DNA from: a virus
Lineage: Duplodnaviria > Caudoviricetes
Strand: one strand, 5' to 3'
Length of the DNA stretch: 53,510 nt
IMG/VR virus record: IMGVR_UViG_3300031578_000047
Location: 1-53,510 of that record
Shown here: positions 34,445 to 44,848 of the stretch, one piece after another
How positions within the stretch are numbered: position 1 is the first letter of the stretch
How the letters are laid out: each line of letters begins with the position of its first letter
Translations under genes and position numbers: made by a program
Notes under the pieces: generated by a model
What the model saw: the letters and a program-made list of their open reading frames with translations, nothing else
Database searches by the model: none
What the model was told of the DNA's origin: nothing

Positions 34445-37046
34445 TCAAACAATCCATTAGTTTTTTCAGCAGGTTACGGCGCTTGACGGTGCGATCGTAC
34501 TCAACATTTGCTTTAACAGTCCGTGTTTTCACCTTCCCCCGGTGAGTGAATGTATCAGTAATCGTGACGTCGCCAAAATCTTGTTGCTTTGCCAGCGCGT
34601 CCTGCTTCTGCGCGAGCAGGACCTCAGCCCTGGCCAGAGTTGTGTCGATATTCTCTCGGTAATGCGAGAAGTCCCGCCCCTGCTCGGTGTGCTCGGTAAC
34701 AACTAGGTTGAATACCAAGTCACCGAGGGCGTTCAGCTCGTCGGTATCGATCTGGTTGAAGGTCCTGCCAATCTTGAGCTTTGCGCGAATTTCCGCATTG
34801 CTCATCGTATCAATGTCAATGCCCTCCTCATCGAGAGCATTGCTCAGATCCTCCAGCATTCCGGCGAGGTTCTGCTTGCTCTCGTCGGTATCCAGAGTGC
34901 TATAGACGGAATTACCACCGAGCTCGCGGTCAATCGCATCGAGCAGCAGGTTCGGGTCCCGCTCCGCAATAAAGCCAGCTTCTTGCGCAGCCTCCGCCAT
35001 GCCATCGAGTGTGTCGCCATCGTTGCGAATGGCCCCCAGACGTCCGCTGGCGACCGCCTGAGCGCGAAAGTCCCGGGCATCTAGCTCTGGGTCGGGTACA
35101 AGTCCGCCGCGCAGAGAGATGAAATCAAGCAGCGATGGGCCAAAGATGTCCCGCTGCGTCGGTATGTCACCAGCTCGGATCATGTCAAGGTAAGGGTCGA
35201 CCTGCGCATCAATGTCCTGCGGCTTCAGGTTCTCGTTGCGCGGGCCCTTCACCCCACCGAATACCTGATTGAACAGCACCAGCGGCTCTATGCCTTCCTG
35301 CCTTGCCAGGTTCGGAATGCCACGCAGTATCTCGGCAGACTTCGAGGCAGCATCGCCTGAGTAGTTCAGTGCTCGAAGCTGGCCAATGACGTCAGTCATT
35401 ATCTGCTCGTCCTGAGCAAAGTCTCCGGCAATACTCTCGGCCATTCCCTCGACCGTTTTCATTGCCTCCTTCTCGTTGGCGTAGAAGGCCTCAGCCTCCC
35501 GGGCTGTGAACTGCTCGGAGTCTGTACGCAAATCCTTTATCAGGGCGTTGTGGTGCTCGGTCGGGGCAATGGTCTGCAGGTACTCCTTGATCGGCACATC
35601 GATGAATCCAGTGACCTCGGTGCCTTCTTTCAAGGCCTCCGGACTAACACCGAGAGTTTTGGCTGTCTCCTCCACATCCATTCCCTGCGACTGGAAATAC
35701 TCCCTAAACTTTGTCGCCTCGATCTGGATGGTCTTGTTCTGGCCAGCGTCACTGAGGCGGCTGACGAAGTCTGTCCACTTGGTTGGCGTTTCCTTGCGGG
35801 TCGTAGACTCCTTGGATGTTTCCCCAAGCGTCTGGTAGGCCTGCAACATCTGGTTGGCGCTGCGGGCCTTCTTGGCGTCACCGTAGAACTGGGTAGCAGG
35901 ACCCATGCCACCGATCAGCGCGGTGCCGTAGAAGGTATGCTCTATGGTGCTTAGCAACATCTCCTTCCAGTCCTCGCCGGTCATGGCTTCGGTTTCAGGA
36001 CGGATGTCGCCGCGCTCTCTGGCGTCTGCCTTGAGGATCTCGCCTGCCCAGGCTGTTGTGGCCTCCTGAGCTGACTCGGTCAGCATCTCTGTCGCCTGCA
36101 CTTCGCCATAGTTAATGGCAAGCCTTGTAAAGGCGTTTTTCACGGTTGGTTTGGTAAGTAGCTGATCGACAATCTCGCCAGTAGCGTCACGCTGTACTGC
36201 TCTGAATCCCGGCAGCTTCTTGGTAATCGCGCCGATACCGACTGACTCAAGGGCACCATTGACCACACCAACGACATTAGCAGCCAGCATGGCGTCCTTC
36301 TGATCGAGGCCTGCCTCGCGGTACTGATCGAAGGCCAGAGCTCGCTCGAGCTGACCTGCCGCCATTGTCCTGCCGGCCCATGCGCCAGCACCGATACCAC
36401 CGAAAAAACCCGGCACAGCGCCAATGCCGAAGCCTCCAGTTAATCCGATGCTGCCACCTATCATGCCGCCCATCATGGCCTCGTCCGCTGACTGGGCAAG
36501 AATAGTTCCCTGAATCGGGAGCTGGTTTGCCATGCCGGTCAGAAACTTGGTGAAGCCCTTGCTGGTGTCGTCGCCCTCCATGAGCTGCCTGAGCTCTTTA
36601 AGGCGGGCCATGTCCGCCTCAGACTGTGGCTCGTCAGGTGTCTCCATCTGCCGGCCAACGATCTCGGCCATCTCTGTCGTAGCCCAACCCTTGTCCCACC
36701 CCTGAAAGACTGGCGCCAGTGATCGCTCAAGGCGTGTCAGGTTGCGGCGGTCGCGCTCTAGGACGGCAAGATTGTAGGGATGCTCAGCAGCGAATTTGTT
36801 GAACACCGGGGCACCATTGACGGCGTCGGTGTAGTTCTCGTAGTTGAACTCGTTGCGCTTGACCTGCTTCTCGATATTATCGAGATCCGCGTCGACAACG
36901 TACTCTGGCAGTTTTGTCTTGGCGGAGACTGCGAATACGCGGGAAGCGCGATCCGGGTCAACCTCCATATCGTTGGCGACATTCAGGGCAAACCCGCGCT
37001 CACGCTCCTGCTTCTGTCTAAGGTATTCCTCAGTGACGCTCATCAC
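34437..37046 (-). CDS. Internal virion (ejection) protein with Gly-rich hydrophobic segment (869 aa)
   Basis: GGMIGGSIGLTGGFGIGAVPGFFGGIGAGAWAG; TESAQE; position after other internal virion genes. Confidence 0.78.
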   Translation of the reverse strand: MMSVTEEYLRQKQERERGFALNVANDMEVDPDRASRVFAVSAKTKLPEYVVDADLDNIEKQVKRNEFNYENYTDAVNGAPVFNKFAAEHPYNLAVLERDRRNLTRLERSLAPVFQGWDKGWATTEMAEIVGRQMETPDEPQSEADMARLKELRQLMEGDDTSKGFTKFLTGMANQLPIQGTILAQSADEAMMGGMIGGSIGLTGGFGIGAVPGFFGGIGAGAWAGRTMAAGQLERALAFDQYREAGLDQKDAMLAANVVGVVNGALESVGIGAITKKLPGFRAVQRDATGEIVDQLLTKPTVKNAFTRLAINYGEVQATEMLTESAQEATTAWAGEILKADARERGDIRPETEAMTGEDWKEMLLSTIEHTFYGTALIGGMGPATQFYGDAKKARSANQMLQAYQTLGETSKESTTRKETPTKWTDFVSRLSDAGQNKTIQIEATKFREYFQSQGMDVEETAKTLGVSPEALKEGTEVTGFIDVPIKEYLQTIAPTEHHNALIKDLRTDSEQFTAREAEAFYANEKEAMKTVEGMAESIAGDFAQDEQIMTDVIGQLRALNYSGDAASKSAEILRGIPNLARQEGIEPLVLFNQVFGGVKGPRNENLKPQDIDAQVDPYLDMIRAGDIPTQRDIFGPSLLDFISLRGGLVPDPELDARDFRAQAVASGRLGAIRNDGDTLDGMAEAAQEAGFIAERDPNLLLDAIDRELGGNSVYSTLDTDESKQNLAGMLEDLSNALDEEGIDIDTMSNAEIRAKLKIGRTFNQIDTDELNALGDLVFNLVVTEHTEQGRDFSHYRENIDTTLARAEVLLAQKQDALAKQQDFGDVTITDTFTHRGKVKTRTVKANVEYDRTVKRRNLLKKLMDCLNG

Positions 37047-38887
37047 TCACCCTTGAGTCTGCGGATAACCTCGTCATCCCCGAGCCCATTGTCGAGAGCA
37101 AAGAAGGCCCTCTCGAGATTGTTATTGCTCGGCTTAGCGACCCCATTCTCGCGTGCCATCTGGCGCAGAACTTCCTCAACCGTGAGCTCGGTGCCGTTAA
37201 TCACCATCTCCTGCACGGCAGCCCTGGCCAACGGTAGGTAAGCCTTGTCCAGCTCGTCTTGCGTCATAATGGCGACCGGCTTGGCCTCGTCCAGATCGTA
37301 GTCCGATGTGAAGAAGTCTCGGTCAATGAATGCAATCGGGACCATGGTACGGGCTAACTCAATGCGGCGCTCGTCATTGCTTAGCGGGCGACCGAGCTCC
37401 GTTTGCTTTGCCTGCACGGCAGCATCAAAGTTGAATAGCGCCTGCTGGTATCGCTGCGCCTCTGCATCGGTGCGTCCGGTCTGCGGAATAAAATCTTTAC
37501 TAACGAGCAGCGCATTGACCATCTGCTGATTGGTCAGCCCGCCGGGTAGTGTCGTTTGCTTACCGCTCTTGATAAGGTCCTGCTCGTCCTTCAACGACTG
37601 CCACTCTCGGCGGGTAAATACAGACTTCCACGCGGCATCATCGAGCATCGTCCTCGACTTCTGCTCTTGTGTCAGGTTGCGCCATGCTGCATAGGAGTTG
37701 CCACCATCCGGGTCAAGCGTCCACCGTACCTCTGTTGGCCGAGCGAATCCCTCGCGGCCCTCTGAGTAGCTGATAGCAAAAGTCTCAAGCGCAGCTCGTT
37801 GGTGCGGCTCCAGCTTCGATAGCTCGACTCCAGAGATGTCCTCGTATCGAGAACCATTGGCAATCCGATCCGTGTTCTCGGTGATTATCCGCTCCTGCAG
37901 AGCGTTCTTATTGCGCGTGACCTCATTGCTGGCGCCGGTAAGCATGGACTCGAGGCGCTCGCGGGTGCTGCCATCGAGCTTCTGATCCTTGGCCATCTGT
38001 CTGGCCAGGATATTAGCAGCCTCGAAATTGTCAGGGTGCTGCTCATAGGCAATGTCGACGATCGACCGAGCGGCTGCATTCTCATCGTCGATCTCATTCT
38101 CAGTCTGGGTTTCGCGCAGCATCTTGACCGCGGTCTCAAAGTGCAGGAAGTCTGCAACCGAGTCTGTGCCCTTGCCGGCACGGATGTCCTCTGGCGTGAC
38201 CGGGCCGCCCATCTCTCGACCATTGATCGATCGCTCGAGCATCTGCGCACGCATTTTAGGATCCATGTCAATCAGGCGATCGTAGGCCCATGCCTGCACG
38301 ACGCGCTGTTTCTCTGCCTGACCATCAGTTTCATCAAAAAAGCCAGCGGCAACCATGGCATCGACGCGATCGGACTGCGTCATCATCATGTCGTTCACGA
38401 CTGTTGGCGACTGCTCTACCAGCATCGCCTGTTTGTTGATCTCGGTGTCGGCGTAATACTTGCCAACCTCGTAGTCGACCCGCTTCTTGCGGCCGAGCTC
38501 ACTAACCTCGACAACACCGCGCTCGTTCATCAGGCGAGCTTCGGCATCAAATACAAGGCGGTCACGCTTGCCAGTGACGGTCGGGAAGATGCGGGCATAG
38601 TGGCCCTTCATCGCCTCCCTGTATCTGGCGTCAAACGTAGAGTAATCCTTGTCCTCTTTGAGTTTTGCGCGCTCCTGAATGTCGGCAATCAGGTATTCAT
38701 TCTTGGCGTTGGAGTAGCTGAGTGCGTCATCCTTCTGCTTATTCTCGACAGAGATTCTCGCGAAATTGCTGGCAGCATTCTCCAGAGCACTGGCGATCTC
38801 CATGTTTCCGCTGCCGGGAACGTCAACGCGGCTGCTACGCAGGCTAGGTCTAGCGCCGTAGTCCAATACTGATGGAAGTGTTGCCAT
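37043..38887 (-). CDS. Internal virion protein (614 aa)
   Basis: Helical composition; MATLPS start; position. Confidence 0.72.
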   Translation of the reverse strand: MATLPSVLDYGARPSLRSSRVDVPGSGNMEIASALENAASNFARISVENKQKDDALSYSNAKNEYLIADIQERAKLKEDKDYSTFDARYREAMKGHYARIFPTVTGKRDRLVFDAEARLMNERGVVEVSELGRKKRVDYEVGKYYADTEINKQAMLVEQSPTVVNDMMMTQSDRVDAMVAAGFFDETDGQAEKQRVVQAWAYDRLIDMDPKMRAQMLERSINGREMGGPVTPEDIRAGKGTDSVADFLHFETAVKMLRETQTENEIDDENAAARSIVDIAYEQHPDNFEAANILARQMAKDQKLDGSTRERLESMLTGASNEVTRNKNALQERIITENTDRIANGSRYEDISGVELSKLEPHQRAALETFAISYSEGREGFARPTEVRWTLDPDGGNSYAAWRNLTQEQKSRTMLDDAAWKSVFTRREWQSLKDEQDLIKSGKQTTLPGGLTNQQMVNALLVSKDFIPQTGRTDAEAQRYQQALFNFDAAVQAKQTELGRPLSNDERRIELARTMVPIAFIDRDFFTSDYDLDEAKPVAIMTQDELDKAYLPLARAAVQEMVINGTELTVEEVLRQMARENGVAKPSNNNLERAFFALDNGLGDDEVIRRLKGE

Positions 38888-38895
38888 ATTTGTTC

Positions 38896-39333
38896 CTAAG
38901 TCAGGTCAGCTTCGATCGTAACGGTGGCGATATCAATGGTGTCACCGCCCCCAGTTGGGCGAATCTTGATGGTCCCTGTGTAGATCTGCAGGCCAGAGCC
39001 AACGACATTCAAAAGCCAGAAAATTGTGTTGACGCCAGGATGCCAAACTCCTTCTGGGTACTCGATCGGGTCTGGGGTTCCCGGCCCACCGTCAATGCGA
39101 AAATCATAATCAGCCATATTCAGCGTGCCGCAGCCGCCATCCCACCGGCCAATCAGGATGTTGTTGGTCGTACTGGTAAATCGCGTGATGGTGCCATCTG
39201 TCTCGATCTCTATGCCCGGGCGAGCTGGAGATGGATAACTGTCGAATGCTTCATACGGATCACCAATGAACTGCGGCGTGCAGATACCAGCCTCTCCAGC
39301 TACCGCACGATACATCAGTGCAAGGGCGCTCAT
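38896..39333 (-). CDS. Fibre-associated small beta protein (145 aa)
   Basis: ATGA coupling to the 386-aa fibre-like gene. Confidence 0.65.
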   Translation of the reverse strand: MSALALMYRAVAGEAGICTPQFIGDPYEAFDSYPSPARPGIEIETDGTITRFTSTTNNILIGRWDGGCGTLNMADYDFRIDGGPGTPDPIEYPEGVWHPGVNTIFWLLNVVGSGLQIYTGTIKIRPTGGGDTIDIATVTIEADLT

Positions 39334-40490
39334 GTGAGCTGCTTCCCTGCGATCTTCCATTGGCCAGCGGCGTTCTTGAAGGCTACCGCGTAGCCGCCAT
39401 TAGCCAGCGTCCGAGATCCGGTCGAGCCGTCATCGGCAAAAATCAGCGTATCAGTGCCGCCAATCGCGATTGTCAGGGTGCCACCACCGTCATTGTCAAA
39501 AGCGATGAAGGTGCCGATCTTGTACGGGACTGAAGCCTCTGCAGCGATCGTGTATGTCTCGCCGGCGCCACCGGCGTCCTTACGGATTGTCTTGCCTTTG
39601 TCAGCCAGGACAGTCGTGTAGTTGCCGTTCTGCAGGTTGACGTCAGAGCGTGATGGATCAAGAAGCTGATCGGTGCCGGCGTCACTGGTAAACATCGGTA
39701 CGTTGTCGCCCTCTGACTGCACCCAGAACTGGCCAAGGGCTGCAAAATCAGTGTCGGCGGAGGCTGCCTCGCCAATATAGATCGAGCCGAGGTTCCGCCA
39801 TGGTTTTGTTTGCTCAACGTGCGTGATGCCGACCGTGCCAATCAGATTGGCAACACCGGCATTGACTGAGAGCGTGTACTGGTTAGTGCCATCTGTGACG
39901 CCAAGCGTCGACTCTGTCATCAGCGCACCTGACGCTGAGTTGATCGTTATGTCGGTTGCAATAACCCAGTTATTGCCTGCACCGTCGCCGGCAAGAACCG
40001 AGCTAACTGCTGGAGAAGGCAAGGATCCAGCGGACTCAGCAACCCACCCGGCATTGTTGCGCACGTAGCTCGAGCCATCGATCGGAGCCTCGGTAATACC
40101 AGCCAGGGTCGGATCGAAAAACAGGATAATGTCGATGTCGTCCTGACCGATGATGATAGGACTCGGCACTCCGTCGACCTGATACAGCACGATGTCAGTC
40201 ATCGACTGACGCCAGACCGGGATAATCGTGCCACCAACAATGTCGCGGTTGCCATCGAAGTCGCCGGCGCGTTGCCATGCCGAGCTCTCGACGGTGTAAA
40301 TGCCGTTGTCGATCGGGTCGGCCTGAGCTGCCAGCAAAACCCTATCGCCCTCGGAAACGATGTAGCCACCAACCAATCCGCCAGTTCCAGAAGGCGACGG
40401 AATGTTGGCAAGCGATACCGTCTTGACTGGCGCCTTAATGGCCAGCCCTCCGACAAACGAATCAACCCGATAGTTTTGCTGCGTTGCCAT
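39330..40490 (-). CDS. Short tail fibre/spike paralogue (386 aa)
   Basis: N-terminus homologous to the 1491-aa fibre (GDRVLLAAQ...DNGIY...WQRAGDFDG); EAPIDGSSYVRNNAGW; GQFWVQ...FTSDAGTD. Confidence 0.75.
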   Translation of the reverse strand: MATQQNYRVDSFVGGLAIKAPVKTVSLANIPSPSGTGGLVGGYIVSEGDRVLLAAQADPIDNGIYTVESSAWQRAGDFDGNRDIVGGTIIPVWRQSMTDIVLYQVDGVPSPIIIGQDDIDIILFFDPTLAGITEAPIDGSSYVRNNAGWVAESAGSLPSPAVSSVLAGDGAGNNWVIATDITINSASGALMTESTLGVTDGTNQYTLSVNAGVANLIGTVGITHVEQTKPWRNLGSIYIGEAASADTDFAALGQFWVQSEGDNVPMFTSDAGTDQLLDPSRSDVNLQNGNYTTVLADKGKTIRKDAGGAGETYTIAAEASVPYKIGTFIAFDNDGGGTLTIAIGGTDTLIFADDGSTGSRTLANGGYAVAFKNAAGQWKIAGKQLT

Positions 40491-40493
40491 CTA

Positions 40494-41036
40494 CTACTCC
40501 CAGAGCTTTGTTTGTACGCTGCCTGCAGGGACAGGTGACATCGGATAGCCCTGAGCTGAAACCGCTCCTGATGCGGATGCTCCAGCGGACGCAGCAGATG
40601 GAGGACCACCGCCCCAACCACCCATGGACGCGCCGTAAGATACAACTGAGGTGACGGCATTGATGTAGGAGGCCTTCACGGCGGCATCGCCCTCTCTGCG
40701 AGCTTGTTCGGCACGGAACTGCAGGCCCTCTGCCTCATCCTTTCCGACCCATAACCTCGACATCATTCGATACATGCCCTCTGCGTTCAGGTCTGCCAGT
40801 AACTTTGTTACACCATGACCAGTGCCACCACCTGACGCGGCTGATGATGCCAGCGCCCGTGAGTACATGAATTCCTTGTTGCGCTCCTCCTCGGAGACAT
40901 CTCGGGACGCTGCTGCTAGACGACGATACGACGCATCCGTGTAACCCTGTGCCTCCTGATCCTTGAGCTTCTTGGCTTCAGCTCCCTTGTACAGGGCGCC
41001 GACTGCAAGTACGGCTGCGACTGCTATCTGAGCCAT
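40494..41036 (-). CDS. Small internal virion protein (T7 gp14-like position, 180 aa)
   Basis: Ala/Gly-rich N-terminus; RALASSAASGGG; position after the GNAT-like gene. Confidence 0.7.
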   Translation of the reverse strand: MAQIAVAAVLAVGALYKGAEAKKLKDQEAQGYTDASYRRLAAASRDVSEEERNKEFMYSRALASSAASGGGTGHGVTKLLADLNAEGMYRMMSRLWVGKDEAEGLQFRAEQARREGDAAVKASYINAVTSVVSYGASMGGWGGGPPSAASAGASASGAVSAQGYPMSPVPAGSVQTKLWE

Positions 41037-41476
41037 GCGTAATACTCCCCTTCAAGGTGTGTGAATCCGAGTCGAAACAGTATCCTGCAGCCCTCGGCGT
41101 GTTCCGCGATGGAGATTACCGGCCCGCGGTAGGCATCGCAAAATCTCATTGACTTCTTGACGATCCGCATGACTGCAGGGCCGGACAGATATGGTTCCAG
41201 CTTCTCGTTGAAGTCCGCAAAGAACTTGCCGATGTCACCTTCTCGCGCAACACCGACTACACCGCAAACTTCATCGTCAACAAGAGCGACATAGGCGCGC
41301 ATCGTCACCCTTGGAGGTTCACCAAAATACGCTTCGATGTCAGCCGAACTGGCTAACCTCGTCGTGATCTTGGACTTGACCGCTTCTCGATCGACTCGAA
41401 CTCTGCTGTTGCAGCCAGGATTGTCGCCGGTCTTGGCGATTGAAATTGCAGGCATATGCGTGAATCCAGCTTCCAA
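41024..41476 (-). CDS. GNAT-fold tail/core assembly protein (T7 gp13-like position); start uncertain
   Basis: TTRLASSADIE...VCGVVG...RILFRLGFTH; follows tail tube B. Confidence 0.62.
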   Translation of the reverse strand: MEAGFTHMPAISIAKTGDNPGCNSRVRVDREAVKSKITTRLASSADIEAYFGEPPRVTMRAYVALVDDEVCGVVGVAREGDIGKFFADFNEKLEPYLSGPAVMRIVKKSMRFCDAYRGPVISIAEHAEGCRILFRLGFTHLEGEYYAWLR

Positions 41477-44151
41477 TCTCCCCCGAAAGAGAAATTGTCC
41501 TCATGGTAGTCCTCCCAGATAAAGTCATCGGCTGTAACCTGACCTTGCTCAACCAATGGCATGTCGTAGAGGGTGTTGAAATCGGGGCCGTACTGGATCC
41601 CCTGATAGTGAAGGTTCTCGGCAATGAATCCCAAGCGGCTGATCTTCTTGCGCTCCATCAGGCCAATGCCTTGAATCTCTCCGAGCTTGGCGCTCTTGAA
41701 CTGGCCAGTGTACGGCAGCCCATAAATGATGTTTGTGTAAGGTGCACCATCGAGTCCAGACAGATCGAGCTCGCCAGGTGTGCCGAACTGAGTAACCTGA
41801 GCTGTGCCACGGTCAGCGCCATCAGCCCAGATCGACACTGTCAGGCCAGACAGTCTCTCCAGCCCTGTCAGGAAGTCAGTTGCAACTCCGGTGTACTGGC
41901 CCCATGCGTCTGCCATGTAGTTATTCAGACCACCGATCGCCTCACTCTCCTTGGACCACTTCAGCAGGAATCGCTCCTCGCCTTGTGCGCTGTTGAAGCC
42001 CTTAACCGTGTAATAGACCTGATCCTCGACTACCCCGGGAAGAACCGCGACATCCTCAACGCACCAGTTGCCGGGTCCACCGAGCTCGACCTCACACCAG
42101 CAGATGACGTTCTCGGCGCGGTCATAGACCAACATCCCGACAGTGCCGTCATTACGCACGCAATGCACTCGAACGTCTGGCTTCATCTGCACAGCAATCT
42201 GCCGGATGCCAGCCACGTTGTAGTCAGGCGCGAAGATGCTGAGATCAGCAGACTGGTACTCCTGATCCGTGCCAATGGCCAGCTCATAGAGTCGCTGCTC
42301 AGTGCGATCAACGAATACGCCCTTCGAGTTGATTTTTCGGATGTTGAAGTTGGTTGGCGTGATTGCCTCATCGAACGAGCTCGAGCGTACGCTCAATGGA
42401 CTGTTTCCATCCATGCTGGCTGCATCTAGGTTCGCTGAGTTATCTGAGGTTCCGAGCAACAGCTTGCCAAATGATTTCAGCCAAGCAATTGTGCGGATCG
42501 GTCCAGAGCCTATGTTTCGATTGATCGGTCCAGCATCGCCAACCTGGTTGTCGTCATAAGACTCGTAGCCATCAGATACAGATGCCCAGATGCGATCCCT
42601 ACCGGCCCACCAGAGCCGGCCCTCATGCAGCTCTACTGTGTCTGGCCAGCCGTTTGCCATGCCACCATTCCACTGGCCAAGGCTCCAGTCTTTACTTGGA
42701 GTGATTGATCCTAAGTCGCTGAGCACCACGGCGTCGATAACCGTTGGCGAGGTATAACCTGTCATGCGGGCGATGCCCTGAATGGTTCCACCGGGATAGG
42801 TGAGCGTGCAGTTGACTGGGCCAGATGTGAAATCGCCGGCCTTAATGCCAAGCCGGTAATAAATTACAACATCGTCCTGACCATCGGAGATCGTGAGACT
42901 CTGGTTCGTTGTCCACACAGGCGACCAGTCAGTCCAAGGTCCAGAGTCGGTGCCAATAGAGAACTGCAGCGTTACCGTTGCTGATCCTGGCGGGATATTC
43001 TCGATAATTACCAAGAAGTCTCTGGCCGCGCCCTTGCCTGTTACGCGAATCGGTTTTGTGAACGTGTCGTCTGCGTTGATGCCATTCGTGACAGTCTGGC
43101 CAACAGAGTCAATACGGATAAGAGCTCCTGCACCAAAGATACTGCCGCCCATGGTCTGCTCGAAGATTGGCTCTGATGCTGTCAGCGTGATGTCGCCAGC
43201 AATCGCGGATGGCGTGATCGTCGTCTGAGATACATTCAGGACATTGAACGGGCCGTCCTCCGGGCCATAGTCAACCACCGACCATGATCGCGGATAAGAC
43301 ACACTGAGGTCGACGTATTCGCGGCGCTCGATCTTCTTTTGCTGCAGGCCATCAGCAGCGCAATAGATGACATCTCCTGACTGAGCCCACCGCACTGATG
43401 CGACCTGAGACTCGGTTGACCACCCAGTCGAGAACTGCAGCACTCCAGCGGCGGTGATGCCACAACCGCCTACCGTCACGGTGTACTCGCGATCGGTAGC
43501 AAGCTCAATGAAAAAATGATCCTGCTGAGGTATGAAAGCGATACTGTGAGCGCCCTTCTCCAGGAGTGTCTCAGACACCAGCTCGTCACCGTTCAATGTC
43601 TGGCCGACGCGCAATCGCACCGGACCTATGCGCGGCGAGATAGAGAGCGAGTGCTCGACCAGTTGCTCACCAACTCCAACCTCGACACGCTGCGTCACCT
43701 TGGCGTAAGTCTCTCCTGATCCTGACAGCAATAGGTCGCCTGTGCCTGAGCTCGCAGTTGAGCCTGACTCTGAATCGTCCTGCCAGTCATTGACGCCAAC
43801 ACCCAGGGCAGCGTTGAAACCGCCATCGGTAACAGCGGCCGAAACAGCTACGCGCGACACCAGCTCATCATCGACACGGATCCGCATGTAGCTGCCCTGC
43901 CCAAACTCAATCAGCGCCGTATCCTCGGATCCAAAGATGAACGGCATCTGCCTGACAAGGTTGAGGTCCTCGAACATGCTGTCGATGTATTTCAAGCCCG
44001 GACGGAACATCGCGGACCCGAGGACCCGCGGTATGAGGTTTTTCTGGATCTCGGCCGACATGGCCATGCGATCTAGGTCTATTCGAGCCAGACCGCGCTT
44101 TGATACAACTCCCCGGTTAAAGGCGAGGAGGACCTTTTCACCCATCGTCAT
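41353..44151 (-). CDS. Tail tubular protein B (nozzle), 932 aa
   Basis: FNRG...GSAMFRPG, WAQSGDVIY, GWPDTVELHEGRLWWAG, YGLPYTGQFKS. Confidence 0.88.
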   Translation of the reverse strand: MTMGEKVLLAFNRGVVSKRGLARIDLDRMAMSAEIQKNLIPRVLGSAMFRPGLKYIDSMFEDLNLVRQMPFIFGSEDTALIEFGQGSYMRIRVDDELVSRVAVSAAVTDGGFNAALGVGVNDWQDDSESGSTASSGTGDLLLSGSGETYAKVTQRVEVGVGEQLVEHSLSISPRIGPVRLRVGQTLNGDELVSETLLEKGAHSIAFIPQQDHFFIELATDREYTVTVGGCGITAAGVLQFSTGWSTESQVASVRWAQSGDVIYCAADGLQQKKIERREYVDLSVSYPRSWSVVDYGPEDGPFNVLNVSQTTITPSAIAGDITLTASEPIFEQTMGGSIFGAGALIRIDSVGQTVTNGINADDTFTKPIRVTGKGAARDFLVIIENIPPGSATVTLQFSIGTDSGPWTDWSPVWTTNQSLTISDGQDDVVIYYRLGIKAGDFTSGPVNCTLTYPGGTIQGIARMTGYTSPTVIDAVVLSDLGSITPSKDWSLGQWNGGMANGWPDTVELHEGRLWWAGRDRIWASVSDGYESYDDNQVGDAGPINRNIGSGPIRTIAWLKSFGKLLLGTSDNSANLDAASMDGNSPLSVRSSSFDEAITPTNFNIRKINSKGVFVDRTEQRLYELAIGTDQEYQSADLSIFAPDYNVAGIRQIAVQMKPDVRVHCVRNDGTVGMLVYDRAENVICWCEVELGGPGNWCVEDVAVLPGVVEDQVYYTVKGFNSAQGEERFLLKWSKESEAIGGLNNYMADAWGQYTGVATDFLTGLERLSGLTVSIWADGADRGTAQVTQFGTPGELDLSGLDGAPYTNIIYGLPYTGQFKSAKLGEIQGIGLMERKKISRLGFIAENLHYQGIQYGPDFNTLYDMPLVEQGQVTADDFIWEDYHEDNFSFGGDWKLDSRICLQFQSPRPATILAATAEFESIEKRSSPRSRRG

Positions 44152-44155
44152 CAGG

Positions 44156-44797
44156 CTACCCGATCAACTGGTTGCGCTTGCCTCGATCACCTGACGAGCT
44201 ATTGCCTCGCCTCGAGCTTGCCCAACCACCCTTGGGAGCGAATTTTGCTGGCTCCTCCATGGCATCTGTTGCCTTGGACTCAGACAGCCACATTTTGTAT
44301 TTTGCCAATAGCGACTGATCGGATATGTCTATGCCAGTAAGCCGAGGCGCCACCTTCATGGCCATGTAGTGCTCGACCATCTCGGTGAAGTTCGGCGGCC
44401 AGAGTGAGAAATCACCGCCAAACTGTACGTCATTCGACACGTACTTGATGTAAAGCAGCTCAGCGTCAGAGAACCACCACGCGCCCTCTCGAGAGTAGCG
44501 TGTGCATGGAAGGTTGAAATACTCGTCGTAACAGACGGCCATCGTCCGCATCCAGTCAGTTGGAGCGTCAAAGCCATATTGATAGCCGAAGGCTGGCGTG
44601 ATTGATGGATTTGCCGACAGCTCTACGGTGCGTTGCGCGAAATACCACTGGCCCATCTGCAGAACTCGATCTATCAAATCGTTATCCCAGATGTCATCCA
44701 GCTTGTAGCGAGGCTCACGATTCTCAGTCAGGGAGGCCAGTTTGCGCTCTCCGAGTACGTTCAGAGCGCCGTTGTAAAGAGCTAATTTGGATGTCAT
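44156..44797 (-). CDS. Tail tubular protein A (adaptor/gatekeeper), 213 aa
   Basis: LYNGALNVLGE...WYFAQR...PAFGYQY..DAPTDW...DAME. Confidence 0.88.
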   Translation of the reverse strand: MTSKLALYNGALNVLGERKLASLTENREPRYKLDDIWDNDLIDRVLQMGQWYFAQRTVELSANPSITPAFGYQYGFDAPTDWMRTMAVCYDEYFNLPCTRYSREGAWWFSDAELLYIKYVSNDVQFGGDFSLWPPNFTEMVEHYMAMKVAPRLTGIDISDQSLLAKYKMWLSESKATDAMEEPAKFAPKGGWASSRRGNSSSGDRGKRNQLIG

Positions 44798-44848
44798 TTA
44801 CTACTCCTCGCCAGCGCATCCCTGCGCTAATGTTCAGTCCTTGATCGG

